From NCBI GenBank assembly GCA_951406725.2, contig OX597833.1, positions 60,760,001-60,824,000 of the forward strand: 64,000 nucleotides of DNA. Reading direction: 5' to 3'. Made by a program: the position numbers and the translations under genes. Origin of the DNA: Octopus vulgaris (taxonomy: Eukaryota). Shown piece by piece: positions 37,001-52,000 of the stretch. Positions within the stretch are counted from its first letter, which is position 1. Every line of letters starts with the position of its first letter. The notes beneath the pieces are model-generated. The model had not been told where the DNA came from. It ran no database searches and worked only from the letters and a program-made list of their open reading frames with translations.

Positions 37001-40000
37001 GAAATGCATAGCCGTATTTCGTCTGCCGTTACATTCTGAGTTCAAATTCCGCCGAGGTTGACTTTTCCTTTCATCCTTTCGGGGTCGATAAATTAAATAC
37101 CAGTTACGCACTGGGGTCGATGTAATCGACTTAAACCGTTTGTCTGTCCTTGTTTGTCCCCTCTGTGTTTAGCCCCTTGTAGGTAGTAAAGAAATAGGTA
37201 TTTTGCCTGCTGCTACGTTCTGAGTTCAAATTCTAGTAAAGAAATAGGTATTTTTGCACGTGTATTTTTGAGATAAAGGACTCGAAATACCTATTACATG
37301 GAAGCAGGGCATGCATGAAATAGCAGCCAAATCTTTCCTTTATGCGTGATTTCGATGTGACATTCATTGAAAGCATGCAAAATAACATGGAAAAGAAGAA
37401 AAAAACCCCACGAAACAAAACTCTGTTGCTAGGAAACTCAGACTTCCCCAGTGACCCAACGGGTCATAAGTAGTCTAGTAGTTAAATAGAACTGAATAAT
37501 CTTATTGATAAATACTACTCTTTGTAACAAGACTGTTAGTAACATTTTAGTTAACTTCCAAGCCTAGTCACTGGCTTACTGTTGGCTCATTATTATATAT
37601 CTATTATAGAAATGTTAATGTATGTGGCTATGTATTCATGTTTAGCCCAAAAAGGCTCTGGAATGGTGCATCTTTGAAGAAAATGAATTTCATTTCCGAA
37701 ATATGTGTCCTACAGACAACGTCATATATAAATAATAATAAAAAAAATTTAATTTGCTACAAGAAATAACTCAACTTTTAGATCGACTATTCTCCCACTT
37801 TTTGTCTATCACCATCTATCTGTCTCTATATATATTCATCATGCACTTTGTATATGTATTAATTCTCACTCATAATTTTCCTTTTGTTACCTAATGATCT
37901 AACTTTAAGTTTCTTTAAAATTTTTCTAAAAATTTTTCTGGAATAATTGAATCACAAATTTGGATTTAGCATGAAAAAGTACATCAATATACTAAATTTG
38001 AAAATTTTCACTTAATTTAAACGTTTTAAAATTTGTGACAGCAGCAGAGATCTCCCTCTCTTTATTATCTGTCTCTTTCATTTTTTCTTACTCTCTATAA
38101 AAGTATATTGCTCATGCTGAGTGTGTGTGTTTGTAAGTGTGTGTATGCATGTAAGGAATTTCATTAGGGCAATAGGGTAATTCATTTTAGTAGCATAATT
38201 TTCTGTTAGTAAATGTGATTTTCCTTACATAAACACACACGCACGTGCACATGAATTCGCTTGATGGGATAGTGTTAAAGATTTAAATATGAAAATTTTT
38301 TGTACTTTTTTGTAAGTAAATATGTTTTTTCCTTACACACTTGATGCAGAGTGCGGGTTAAAAATTTTGATAAATTTTGTTGCTGCTTAAATCCCGGGAA
38401 TGGGCCACCACGTCATCACTCCATAAAATGTGTTTATGAGGAGAAAAATATATAGAAAAACACCAATATATGTCACAGTGACAAAAAAACAAAAAAAAAA
38501 CAAAACAAGGAAGATACCCGGTGGTCGTGGGCTGTTCTAGAAACAACAGCTAAATCTCCCATAAATTACACACCTTTTTGTCTGAAAATTATTTTGAAAT
38601 TATAAACAGAAACAAATTTCAGATTTGGAATGTCCATATTTTAAAACTATGATTTTTTTTTTAAATGTTGAAAAAAAAACAAAATTTTAGGAGGTGGGGT
38701 TAATGAAAAACTTTTGAAATTACGTTTTTTCAAAATCTTCTTTTTGAATTTTCAAGGTTTCTTCCGTTGTTTTTAAGTGTGTAGTGCAAAAAAAAAAAAC
38801 ATTGGCCAATACGGGTATTGAGTGGGTTAGTTGGGTAGTGGATACAATTAATAAATTTTCTAAACGTTAGTTTTGGAATTGGAAAGGATTCTCCCATTAT
38901 TTTAAGTATGTAGTACTTAAAAGAATTTAGGCTAAATTGGTTTGGAATTCATAAATTTTCAAAAATTGTGTTTTGTAAAAAGCTTCCTCCCATCATCTGT
39001 TAGGCTATGGTGACAGAAAGTTTGAAAAATTCCCATCAAAATGGTGAAAATCCAAATTATGTAGGTTTGCTATTCCAAAAGCCTGCTAAAGTTTGTGAAA
39101 ATTACCCATCAATGATGGGATGCAAAGTTAGTATATACGTATATTTTTAGTACAACTGAAATTTACCTTAAAAGGATTAATTTAGTATCTTAAAGGCGGC
39201 GAGCTGATAGAAACGTTAGCATGCCGGGCAAAATGCTTTGTGGTATTTTGTCCACCACTGCGTTCTGAGTTCAAATTCCGCCAAAGTCGACTTTGCCTTT
39301 CATCCTTTCGGGGTCGATAAATTAAGTACCAGTTATGCACTGGGGTCGATGTAATCGACTTAAACCGTTTGTCTCTCCTTGTTTGTCCCCTCTATGTTTA
39401 ACCCCTTGTGGGCAATAAAGAAATAAGGATTATTTTAGGATCTTATTCTCGTTGTTCTTAATACAATAGCTGCTGAACTTTTTAAGCTCTTGAGGAGTGT
39501 GTTCCTTAGTACAGGGCATGGCAGGAAGAAATATCTATCCAATCTTCCTCCCACTAACAAGATTATCCTACAATCTTACCACTCGAAGGAGGCTCATCAA
39601 AAACGTTGGAAAGATGTTACAACATGGATGATCCCAGGTAATTTTTCCCAATTACCCAGGATCAAAGTGCTATTTTCTCATTGAAACAACTCTCAAGGTT
39701 GTATCTTCAATCAAGACAACTGCTGCCTTCACACTATTCCTTGAAAAAGTCATCTTGATTTCACAGGTAAGATTTTGCTATCTCTTTTTAATTGATTATA
39801 TTTTTGCACATATTTTCTTTTCTTTAATGTAGGTAATATTTAGCTTTAAATTACTGTTGCCATACTCCATGCTTTATGCATTTGGTGGTGGTGTGCTATG
39901 TTATTGTTTGTGTGAAAGAATGTGTGTCATGATTTTTCTTTCATGCTCCCATCTAGTATAAAATTAAATACTTACTCTGTCCAATAAATTAAAATAATAT

Positions 40001-43000
40001 TTTTTGTTTTGAGGAACTTCCACACACAAGGCTTACCAGGCCTTTTCTTAATTCCTCTCTTTTCATTTTCTATTACGTTGATTTGGCCAACCATCATCAT
40101 TATTCAATGTCTGTTGTCCATGCTGACATTGGTTGGACAGTTTGACCAGGGCTGAGGGGCTGCACCAGACTGCAGTCTGATTTGGCATGGTTTCTACAGC
40201 TGGATGCCATTCCTAATGCCAACCACTCCAGGGTGCCAGGTATGCAACTCCAGCATTGGCTACAATTCCTCTGTGAGGCCTAACACTCAAAAGGCAATAT
40301 ATATATATATATATATATACCATCATCATCGTTTAACGTCCGTTTTCCATGCTGGCATGGGTTGGATGGTTCAACTGGGGTGTGGGAAGCCAGGAGGCTG
40401 CACCAGGCTCCAGTCTGATTTGGCACTGTTTCTATAGCTGGATGCCCTTCCTAATGCCAACCACTCCAAGAGTGTAATGAGTGCTTTTACATGCCACCAG
40501 CTTGGGTGCCAGTTGTGTGACACCAGTATCTGCCATGACTACGATTTCACTTGGTTTGATGGGTCTTCTACTCAAGCACAGCGTTTTGCCAAAGGTTTCA
40601 GTCATTTGTCATTGCCTCCAAAGGTGCTTTTACCTGCCACCAGCCTGGGTGCTAGTTATGTGATACCTGCATCGGCCATATTACCTCTGTGAGGCCCAAT
40701 GAATGTATTTATTCTCAGTATGTACGTCGCTTAATCTTTTGTCATATACATTTATATGTTTCAATTATTTGCTGAAAATGAAATAAATTATCAAGCGAAG
40801 GAGCGTAAAAATGAACATGTAGTGTTTCTTACGAGTTCAAATAATAGAACCTGTTTTTACATGTTATTGTGATATACTATTGTTATAATTTAGCATGTTC
40901 TGTGATATTTTTTTTTTCACTTTTCCTGCAGGATCAAAGTGTCCAGTGGCTAAAATCACTAGATGATCCTTCAATGGCACATATATCCCATATGATTGGC
41001 ACATCACTTGGGACATCTTGTTGGAACCTTTGGACACATTCGGACAGATGGGGCTCTACACATCAGCTAATCATTTGTATCTCAATAACTATAATATAAT
41101 ATAAAATCAAACACATGACCAAAGAAACAAAACAATTTCTCAAAGTACAGCAAAAATAAAAGTAGATCAAATGTAGATTCAGATTATCTTGATGAACAAA
41201 TAGAATTTCAAACAGAGGAAACGGAACAAGCCAAAAGCAGTGAAAACAGTAGCACACCATCTCCTGGAGAATGTAAGGGATGCATAGAAAAACAAACACA
41301 CATTCAAAAGGTTGGAAAAGTGGCCAAAACTTGAGTAAACTAATAAGTAACAATAATAAATATGCATGTCAGGAAGAAAATATGTGATTACATGAGAGGG
41401 CAAGAAAAAAAAAATCAAGACAAAATCAAGCATTGAAAGTTTGTATAGGAAAACTAGAATATGATCTCAAAGACAAAAACTCAAGAAATTTTAGAACTGA
41501 TGGAAAGCAAAACATCCCTAGATATAAAGAGAACTGAAATAAGATCACTGAAGGCAGGTCCAGTTGCCAATCACTGAGAAGAAAGGGAAAACATTTGAAA
41601 TTGAAAGCAAAATATTTCAAGATTTGACATAAACATTTGGGATTAGATGAATGAAAGAAACTTGAAAATAAGATTAGAGAGTTGGGAAGGAAAGTAATGT
41701 AAGCAGAAACGAAAGATTGATGTAGTGTTGAAAACGAATTGGGAATTAAGGCAAAAGTTAAACAAAGTGGAAAACAGATGGTTATTTATTAGAGATAGAG
41801 GAACATGCCGTAGATTCTGAAAGGCTGGAATTTAAAGAGGAAACAACAGGGCATGCATACAAAAAGTCTGTTGAAAAATGTGTAATGGAATTATGTAAGG
41901 AGATTCCAACTACAAAGGTTGGTAATATGATATTTGTTGTTATCAAATGGATTTTCAAGAAGAACACTGGAGAAAGTGTACACTCTGCTTCAACAGCAAG
42001 TATAATGATGGATACGGAACATGTTCTCAGCAAACATCAAGTCAGTGAAGGACTTTCAGAACCCGTATGATGGACATTACATGGGGATAGAGCATAAAAG
42101 GATGGCAAAAAGATAGTGGGGCAACAAGTAACACTCGATAGTGGGGAAACTTTGTCCGAGGGATTTTCTAGTGTGGCAGTTGAAGATAGCACCAGACTTG
42201 TTGATAATGTAAAAGCTATGATAGAGGAATTGTGTTGGTTGGTTGATGAAGAGAAAATGGTTGACATACAAAAAGAGATGCCAGAGAAAATGTTTGCAGT
42301 TTTGTTAGATTGTTCCTGGGTCAACAAATCATTTGACATAGAGCTCAATGAGTATCAGGAGTCGCTTCTTCAGGAGGATCTTGTTGACTTGCAGTTTTTA
42401 CACAGCACTGCCCACTTTTTTGCTAGGCCTTTCAGATGTTTGTGAGAGTGTATTAAAAGAAATTGTTCATGGTTTAAGTAGGGATGCTTTTACTAAATTT
42501 GTCTGGTTCAATTCACATAGCAAGTCAGTAGGGGCTAAGTATGTTCAAACAGGGAGTGATATGTTGGGGCCAGGCATGGGAGGGAGTATAAAAAAATGGG
42601 TGCAAACAGCAATGGGATATTTTCTGTCTTGAACACTTGAAAATCAAATTAAACACCTCAAGTTTTTGAATGAATAGGTTTAATAACTTCTTCTGAGGAG
42701 CAACAGGCTGTTTTTCCCACCATGACCACATCAAGCAACTCTTTAGATTTTAAAGAGGACTTGAATCTAAAATTACAAAGTGTACTTCATGGCAATGAAA
42801 GCAATGGGGTTAATGCCATCATCAGGGCTCTCAGAATAATCTATTTTGTTGTTACTGGACCTTTCTGGAATATGCTGCACAGTAAAATTTCCCAATCCTG
42901 TCCTCGAGGCCCTATTCACTGTATCATTGCTATCCAGTACCCACCGCATATACCTAGATTTTCACCACTCACTATATCCCCCTCCCCTACACTCATGCTT

Positions 43001-46000
43001 CTTTGGCAAGGCCCTGCCACTTATATTCATTATCTCCATACCTCAAGGGTGTGCCTTGCTACTTGCCATTATCTATCTTGACCATCCCAATTATATTTTG
43101 ATCCTTGTCCCTTGTGAGTATGCCTGGCATTTTCCCATCATTCTCTCTCCTGCTGTCTCCCATTCTCTCTCTCCACCTGCTCTTCCCTCATGTTGGGTAA
43201 TCATGTACCTCCTTTACAGCAACACACCTGTTTCTGTCCTCATTTTTCTCTCTTTCTGGCCGGGTAACCATGTGTCTCACCTACAGCAAGACACCTGTTT
43301 CTGTCTCTCTGTCTCAACAGAACCTTTCATCATCTGACACAAGATCCCCTCCTCCAATTCCCCTTCCCCTCTCAAAAGATTTTTGTCTTGCAAGTTACTT
43401 GGTGACCCTGCTCAAAAAGCATCCAGTCCATACTGGATGCCAAACTGACATCACCTGCCATGTAAAAAGCACTCGGCCAACTCTGCTGGGTGGTTGGTGT
43501 TAGGAAGGGCATCCAGCTGTAAAAACCATGCCAAAACAGACACAACAAATCTATGAAAGATATAGTATGTACTTTACCAAGTCTTTTGACAGCATTTAAT
43601 GAATTCTTTTCCTCCAGTTTAACGGTTCACCATTTTTCGAAATCCACTCAAAACAGACTTTATTGTGCCAGCCTCGCCTGGCCTCCGTGCCGGTGGCATG
43701 TAAAAAGCACCATCCGATCGTGGCCGTTTGCCAGCCTCGTCTGGCATGTAAAAAGCACCCACTATACTCATGGAGTGGTTGGCGTTAGGAAGGGCATCCA
43801 GCCGTAGAAACATTGCCAGATCAGACTGGGCCTGGTGCAGCCTTCTGGCTTCCCAGACCCCAGTTGCACCGTCCAACCCATGCCAGCATGGAAAGCGGAC
43901 GCTAAACGATGATGATGATTGTACAATGTTGATCACATTAATTTGGTCTTTGTTTTTAGATCATGCCATTACAACACATAAATTGTTGAGCGTCATTCAG
44001 CCATTGTTGTGCTTTTATTTCTTTATTTCAATCAAATTCTTATTGAAAGGTATAAAGAAGCAAAGAGAGAACATGAAAGGCTTTGATTCTTTTGACTAAT
44101 TATATAGCTTTTATTTGTATATACCTGGTAGATTTCATTTGAAAAACAAAACAAAATGCTTCGGCCCACCTTTTAGGGCAGGTGCAAAAAATATAAGTTA
44201 AAGATTTTTGCTGTTGATGATTGTGTAAATTATTTTGATGCATGTGGATTTAACATCTAATTTATTTTTGATCTTTGCAGATTTCAAATGTGTTGGATGA
44301 AAATAGATATTAGTAACTCAATAATGGCTGATTGCTTGTAAATCATCATCATTTAGCGTCCGTTTTCCATGCTAGCATGGGTTGGACGGTTCAACTGGGG
44401 TCTGGGAAGCTGGAAGGCTTTATCAGGCCCAGTCAGATCTGGCAGTGTTTCTACGGCTGGATGCCCTTCCTAACGCCAACCACTCCGTGATTATAATATA
44501 TAGATTAAAATGATTATAATATATAGATCTATGATTTCAGCTCTCTAATATTGTTTTTCTCTTTTTCTATGCAGATCTTTTACAGTGGAGAGATGCATTT
44601 CCAATTCTTCAAATTTACTGAAATTAATTGTATTAATAATTTTTTGTATTGATTATGCAGGTGTAGAGTAAGGGAATGGCATCTAACAAAGGTGCTCAAT
44701 ATTACCATTTATGAATGGTAGATATATATAAACTGAATTATGGCCATATTTGGCAATGACCATATTGAATTCATGAGAGATTTTTCTTTCTAATGGTATA
44801 AAAAAATCTTGAAGAAAATATGTTCTTTGCTAATTGAAAATTAATGATAAAATTTTCAATTTTATATTTCGTAACGATTACCTTACCTATCTCCATCAGT
44901 TTTTATATCAAATAAAGCAGAATCGGTCCTCTTTGTGACTATTTTCAACACAACTTGAGTTATGTGCTCCAGCGCATTGAACTGAATCAAGGGCTACTGT
45001 TCAACAGTAACAAAAAAAAAAAAAAAATCCCGGAAAACTTTGTGACTGGGTGGAAATACCAGCGTGTTTGAGTGACCCTGGCATCATAGGTAAGTGTAGG
45101 ATTTTAAAAAATGTATTTTGACATGAAAATGGTGAAGCAAAAAAATGGGGTTTTTTGTGTGGTCAAACTGTGCAAGTCATCCCTTCTACTGAGCCCTACA
45201 AGGCTGTGGTGAAAAAATCCCTGTCAGACGAAGGAAATCCAACTTACCTGGCTGTCCTGATTTGAAACCCTGCCATTTATACCCATTTTTAACAGATTAC
45301 TCTTTTACTTGTTTCAGTCATGTGACTGCGGCCATGCTGGAGCACCGCTTTTAGTCGAGCAAATCGACCCCAGGGCTTATTCTTTGTAAGCCTAGTATTT
45401 ATTCTATTGGTCTTTTTTGCCGAACTGCTAAGTTACAGGGACATGAACACACCAGCATCGGTTGTCAAGTGATGTTGGGGAGACAAACACAGACACACAA
45501 ACATATACACATACACACACACACATACACACATATATATATATATACACACAAATATATACGACGGGCTTCTTTCAGTTTCCGTCTACCAAATGCACTC
45601 ACAAGGCTTTGGTCTGCGTGAGGCTATAGTAGAAGACACTTGCCCAAGATGCCATGCAGTGGGCCTGAACCCGGAACCATGTGGTTGGTAAGCAAGCTAC
45701 TTACCACACAGCTACTCCTGCTCCTATAAAATTTTATTGAAATGTTCCAAGATATCAGGATATATTTAGTTGGGACCCTTGTGGCCAATTTTTTGCTGCT
45801 AATATATTGATCGTTTTTAATTTATTCACATGACTATAAATTTTTTTCATCTTTGTGAAAACCTTGAAATCAATTCTAACCTTTCTGTTGCAGTCACATG
45901 CTGAGGAATGTCTAAATAAGATGGTGTCGTGTGATTATTGCCAAAAGGAGTGTGTTCAATCCCAGGTAGGGCCTTCAACATTTTTTTTTTTTATAATAAC

Positions 46001-49000
46001 AGAAAACAGTTATTTCATTGTTATGTCGATATTGTTGTTACTATCAAAGGTGGCGTGCTGGTAAAATTGTTAGCACACCAGACAAAATGCTTAGTGGTAT
46101 TTAAGTAGTATTTAAGGCAGCGAGCTGGCAGAAACGTTAGCACGCTGGGCAAAATGCTTAGCAGTATCGCGTCTGCAGCTACGTTCTGCAGCTACGTTCT
46201 GAGTTCAAATTCCACCGAGGTCGACTTTGCCTTTCGTCCTTTCAGGGTCGATTAAATAAGTACCAGTTACGCACTGGGGTCGATATAATCGATTAATCCG
46301 TTTGTCTGGCACAAACTGATTAGATTTTGGGATCGATCTGGTACCCGTCAAGGATTCTGGATTATTTTGTCTGTTTTTTTTTACTTAATTTTTGAGAGTG
46401 GTCAGGTTCATTTTTAGTATTCTCGTTTGTGAGAGCAGTTGAGTTTATTTGAGATATTCTCATTTTAAAAATCATCTCTGACTAATTGTTGAGAGGGCGT
46501 TGGTGTTTGCGCTCTCTGAGTGCTTTTGTTGTTAACCCATTTTAACCTAGGTTAATCCTGTCAAAATTTTGAAGATAGTTATTTAAATAGCGATAAGTTA
46601 ACCTTTATTGCAGTAAATAAACCAAATACAATGGTTAAATAAATACAACAAGCACTATTTTGCGTCCAGTTTACCTTTATTGCAGCAAACAAACCAAATG
46701 CAACTGTCCTCAAATGAGGACAGTGGGTTAATATGGGTTAAGGTGGCGAGCTAGCAGAATTATTAGCAGAATTAGTATTTTGTCTGTCACTATGTTCTGT
46801 GTTCAAAGTTTGCTACGGTTGAATTTGCCTTTCATCCTTTCTGGGTTGATGAAATAAGTACCAGTAGAGTACTGGGGTTGACATATATGACTCATTTCCC
46901 CTACCCTGAAATTGCTGGCCTTGTGCCAAAATCTCAATAATAATAATGAAAATAAAAAATAGCAGAGTGCCATAGTTATCATGTGAAATTGGTTGAAAGA
47001 TATTTCGGCACCTGGCATGCCTTCCACAAGTTCAAAAATTACATCTCAGTCTACTTCATTTTTTGTTCAGATTATATATGGCACTCTTCTATTTTCTTTT
47101 ATTTCTGTATAACTTCTGGATATAATCCTAATAATAATAATAATTTTAAACCTTGCAGTTGTCTGCTCATTGGAAAGAATGTGCTGAAGTACCAAAAGAC
47201 TGTTTATTTAGGAATTTTGGATGTAAATTCACAGTAAGTGACTTTTATCTTTGTTTAATTAAAATCTTAATTATTGTCATCACTCTCATCTCTTCTAACA
47301 CGTTTGACTCATCTTTCTTCAAAATTTATTCCACTTTTTGAAATTTCCAACACAGGCCATCTCTAGTTTCTTCTGGCTCTTGATAAAACCCTTAAACCTT
47401 CATGTTTGGTTACAGCTTGTGAATGGCACCAGTTCATAACAACAGCAAAGTCCACCGTGGTCTAAATCAGTGGTTCTCAACCATTTTTTGGCTATGGGCC
47501 CCTTTGATTCATATTTTACTCAGGTGGACCATCATAGCCATTTGACGTTTAAAAAACTTTTATTGAACTTTTATAATTAAATATTGTTAGAGATTGTATA
47601 AAAATAATTATTAAACTATGTTGTGCATTGCAGAAGCATAACCAATTTATTGCACATAATTTTTTACAACAAAATCTCATATGGACCCCCAAGGGCCATA
47701 TCGACCCCGGTTTGGAACCACTGGTTTAGAAAGATACTGGGGCTGTCAGCTGTGGAATTAATATCTGATCTATTGACTTGGCATTGCTGAGTTTCGTTCC
47801 TTCCATTCAGAGAAGAGAGAGCTACATGAAACACTAGTGTCCCATCCAGGAGTATATTTACTTCTCATCCATTTCAAACTACAACAACTAGAGTTAACAG
47901 ATCAGCTCATTTGCTTTGGGTAAAGATTAGCATATTTGTTTATTATCGAATTAATGTATATCCATACACATGCCTTTCCTAAAGGGATTGTGCACAGTTT
48001 CTGAGATAGTGTCATCTCAACACTAGCATCCCATTCATACCCTGGTTCCTATCCAGGACAAAGGTCAGTAGAGTTATCTTTATATATAAAAGTCAAGTTG
48101 TGTGTCTGTCTCCTACGATTTAGATTCCTAACTACTCCCTCATTTTGCGGTGCAGTTTAACCAAAACCGGGTATCTTATAGTCATGATTCATATCGAGCC
48201 CTTCTGGGTATTAGCGCGCGTCTACAATGAGTCTACGATTTAAAAAAAAATTTACCATAATTTTTTTCGCTATTATATAAGGGAAGTAACTCTCTAAAAA
48301 TGTCTATGATGAGTCAACGATTAAAAAAAAAAATTAACATCATTTTTTTTTCCATTTTTGATGCATTTTTTTGCTATTTTTTGGCTATAACTCTCTAAAA
48401 ATGCGTTTAGTGAGACCGTCTCTAACATGAAAGAGATGTCTTTTACAAGTTTTCTCCAATACAAATGGGAATTGAACTTGTGACCTTATGATTGTGAGCT
48501 GAACACCCTAACCACTGAGACACACACCTCCACTTTTATGCTGCTATATTCTTGTCAGTAGTATCTGTTTCAATACCCTGTTCTCTTCCTCTTTGATGCC
48601 TTCTTCAACCATTGGATGGCTGCTGTTGGTGTTAAAAGACTGAGCTGTGATTCAGCTGCAGGAGAGAGATGTCAACAGGGTCGACAGATAACATCAAAAA
48701 TCCATTATCTTATTGTTGTTGTTGATTCTATTGTTTATTGTTTTTTTTTGTTTTTTTGTCTATTTTCAGGGCAATGAAACAGAAATGAAGGAACACCAAA
48801 ATGGCAGCTGTAACACCCATCTTGAAATGATGGCCCGACATATAACCGAAATGGATACCACCATTACGAATCTTAGCCAAGATATAAAAGTTCATAATTC
48901 TGTATATCTATCTTCGCTTAACACTCTCACACTTACTAATACAGCATTTGCAGAACCATCATCAACATCTTCAGACATCCGCTTTCATCTGCCTTTTTTT

Positions 49001-52000
49001 CTTCCCTAGTTTCATTTTCATTTCCGTACCATATTTGTCATTCTTAGTTCGTATATTCCTGGGTCATTCATTTAACAAATGAATGACCTAGAAATAAACA
49101 AACTAAGTATTTTTTGTTGTACCTTAGGAGGGTCGTTATGCTCCCTCTCTCTCTCTCTCTCTCTCTCACTCACTCACTCACTCACTCACTCACTCACTCA
49201 CTCACTCACTCACTCACTCACTCACTCACTCACTCACTCACTCACTCACTCACTCACTCACTCACTCACTCACTCACTCACTCACTCACTCACTCCTCAC
49301 TCACTCACTCACTCACTCACTCCTCACTCACTCCTCACTCACTCCTCACTCACTCACTCACTCACTCCATCTACCAAATCCACTCACAAGGCTTTGGTCG
49401 GCCTGTGGCTTTAGTAGAAGACACTTGTCCAAGGTACCACGCAGTGGGGCTGAACCTGGAACCATGTGGTTGGGAAGTAAGCTTCTTACCACACAGCCTT
49501 ACCTGCCTGAAGGAAGTTAGTTTAAGGCAATTACTTATGTAAGACACCTGGTGGTCCATATCGAAATTTCTGGTTGAGACAATGGAATTTACCATGCTAC
49601 GCCAGACTTCACGGTCCATCATGGCATTACGGAGGTCCTTTTGCTGGATGCCTGTATCCCTGGAGATTACATCAGGGTAGGAGAGTGTGCGCCCTCTGGT
49701 ATTGCGAGTAGATGGCTTCCAGAGGAGAGAGTAGAAATTGCCTCGTTTTCAGCTCTACAACAATGTCCAGCAAACTGGACTCTCCTACCTTTCACAAGAG
49801 ATGATACAGGTGGTAGTTTCCCATATATTTGCATTTTGGTTGGATGGCGCTTCCATGAGAGATTTTGAGCTCTCATAAGGAGGCGAGTGTAGGTTCCATC
49901 CAACCGCCTGTCAAGCTTCTTTGATAACGTCCAGGTTTCTGAGCCATATAGTAGAATTGGTTCGACTGTGGCTTTGAAGATTTCAAGTTTGAAGTCTCTA
50001 CTTAGATTTGATGACCAGATCTTATGCATCTGCTTTCCATGCTGGCATGGGTTGGATGGTTTGACAGAGGGCTGGCAAGCCAGAAGGCTGCACCAGGCTC
50101 CAATCTGATCTGGCAAAGTTTCCACAGCTGGGTGCCCTTCCTAACGCCAACCACTACGAGAGTTCAGTGGGTGCTTTTTATGTGCCACCAGTACAAGGAC
50201 CAGTCAGGCAGTACTGGCATCAACTACGCTTGAATGGTACTTTTTATGTACCACTGGCACAGGAGCCAGTCATGCGGCACTGGCAACGACCATGCTCGAA
50301 TGGTACCTTTTACGTGTCACCGGCACGGGGATTGACCACGTTCGAATGATGCTTTTTACATGCCACCGGCACAAAATTCTAACTGAAAATATTTCTGTCT
50401 TATTGAAAAGATCCAAAGAATTCCTGAATCACTATGTATGTTGACATTTTGCCAACACCTAAGTGAGATAGTTGAATGTTCCAGTGTTGAGATAAGATAA
50501 TTTGGTCCTGTTTCCTCGTTAAACTGTCTAATTGTAATGTTTCTTCATATTTTCAGGATTATTCCCGTACTTGTCAGCGTCTGGAAAACTTAGACAAAGT
50601 GATGGCTCGGACAGAAGAAGATATAAAATCTGTACAAATCAATTTCTCTACTATAGAAACTGAGTTTCAAAAATATTCTAACACAAACTTTGAAAATAAG
50701 AAAAAATTTGTGAATTTGACAGAAAAGTTAATAGTATTGGATCAAGATTTACAACGACTGAAAGAAGGAACTGACAAACAAGTACAAATTCTAAAAAGTA
50801 AAGAATCCATAACTGACATGACCACAATCCAAAACCTTAGTACTCTTATTGGTGAGTTCTTGGAATGACCGGCTTTTTGCATTTTCTACTTTATTAATAC
50901 TTTCTGCATTTCATTTCTGTGTGTGTGGGTTGTTGTTGTTGTTTGTTCCTTCTCGAGCCATGTCTGGCTCATAAGGGCCGGTTTCCTTGGCGTATAGGTT
51001 CTCCACCTGGACGGGACACCGGTCTGTCGCAGGTGAGCTGCAAGATGCAGGAGGAAAGAGTGAGAGAAAGTTGTGGCGAAAGAGTCAGCAGAAGTTCGCC
51101 ATTACCTTCTGCCGGAGCCACGTGGTGCTTAGGTGTTTCGCTCATAAGCACACACATCGCCCAGTCAGAGATTCGATCCCATGATCCCTCGACCGTGAGT
51201 CCGCTGCTCTAACCACTAGGCCATGTGCCTCCACACATGTGTGTGGGTGTGTGTGCATGTCAGAGTGGGAGTGTGAACAAATGGGTCGGGGCGGAAGTCA
51301 GAATGACTAGGTTGGGGCAGAGGTGGGCAACAAGTATGTTTGGGGATGGGGGCAGTGATGACTGGGTTTGCTGGTAGAAGCAGGCAACAACTGGGTTCAG
51401 GGTGGAAGTGAGCAAAGAGGGTGGGGGACAGCTGGGTTCAGTGGGGCAGAAGCAGGTACAACTGGGTTCAGGGCAGAAGCGAGCAAAGAGGGTGGGGGAC
51501 AGCTGGGTTCAGTGGGGCAGAAGCAGGTACAACTGGGTTCAGGGCAGAAGCTAGCAAAGAGGGTGGGGGACAGCTGGGTTCAGTGGGGCAGAAGCAGGTA
51601 CAACTGGGTTCAGGGCAGAAGCTAGCAAAGAGGGTGGGGGACAGCTGGGTTCAGTGGGGCAGAAGCAGGTACGACTGGGTTCAGGGTGGGGAACAGCTGG
51701 GTTCAGGGCAGAAGCGAGCAAAGAGGGTGGGGGACAGCTGGGTTCAGTGGGGCAGAAGCAGGTACAACTGGGTTCAGGGCAGAAGCTAGCAAAGAGGGTG
51801 GGGGACAGCTGGGTTCAGTGGGGCAGAAGCAGGCAACAACTGGGTTCAGGGCGGAAGTGAGCAAAGAGGGTAGGGGACAGCTGGGTTCAGTGGGGCAGAA
51901 GCAGGCAACAACTGGGTTCAGGGCGGAAGCGAGCAAAGAGGGTAGGGGACAGCTGGGTTCAGTGGAGCAGAAGCAGGTAAGACTGTGTTTGAGGTTTATG

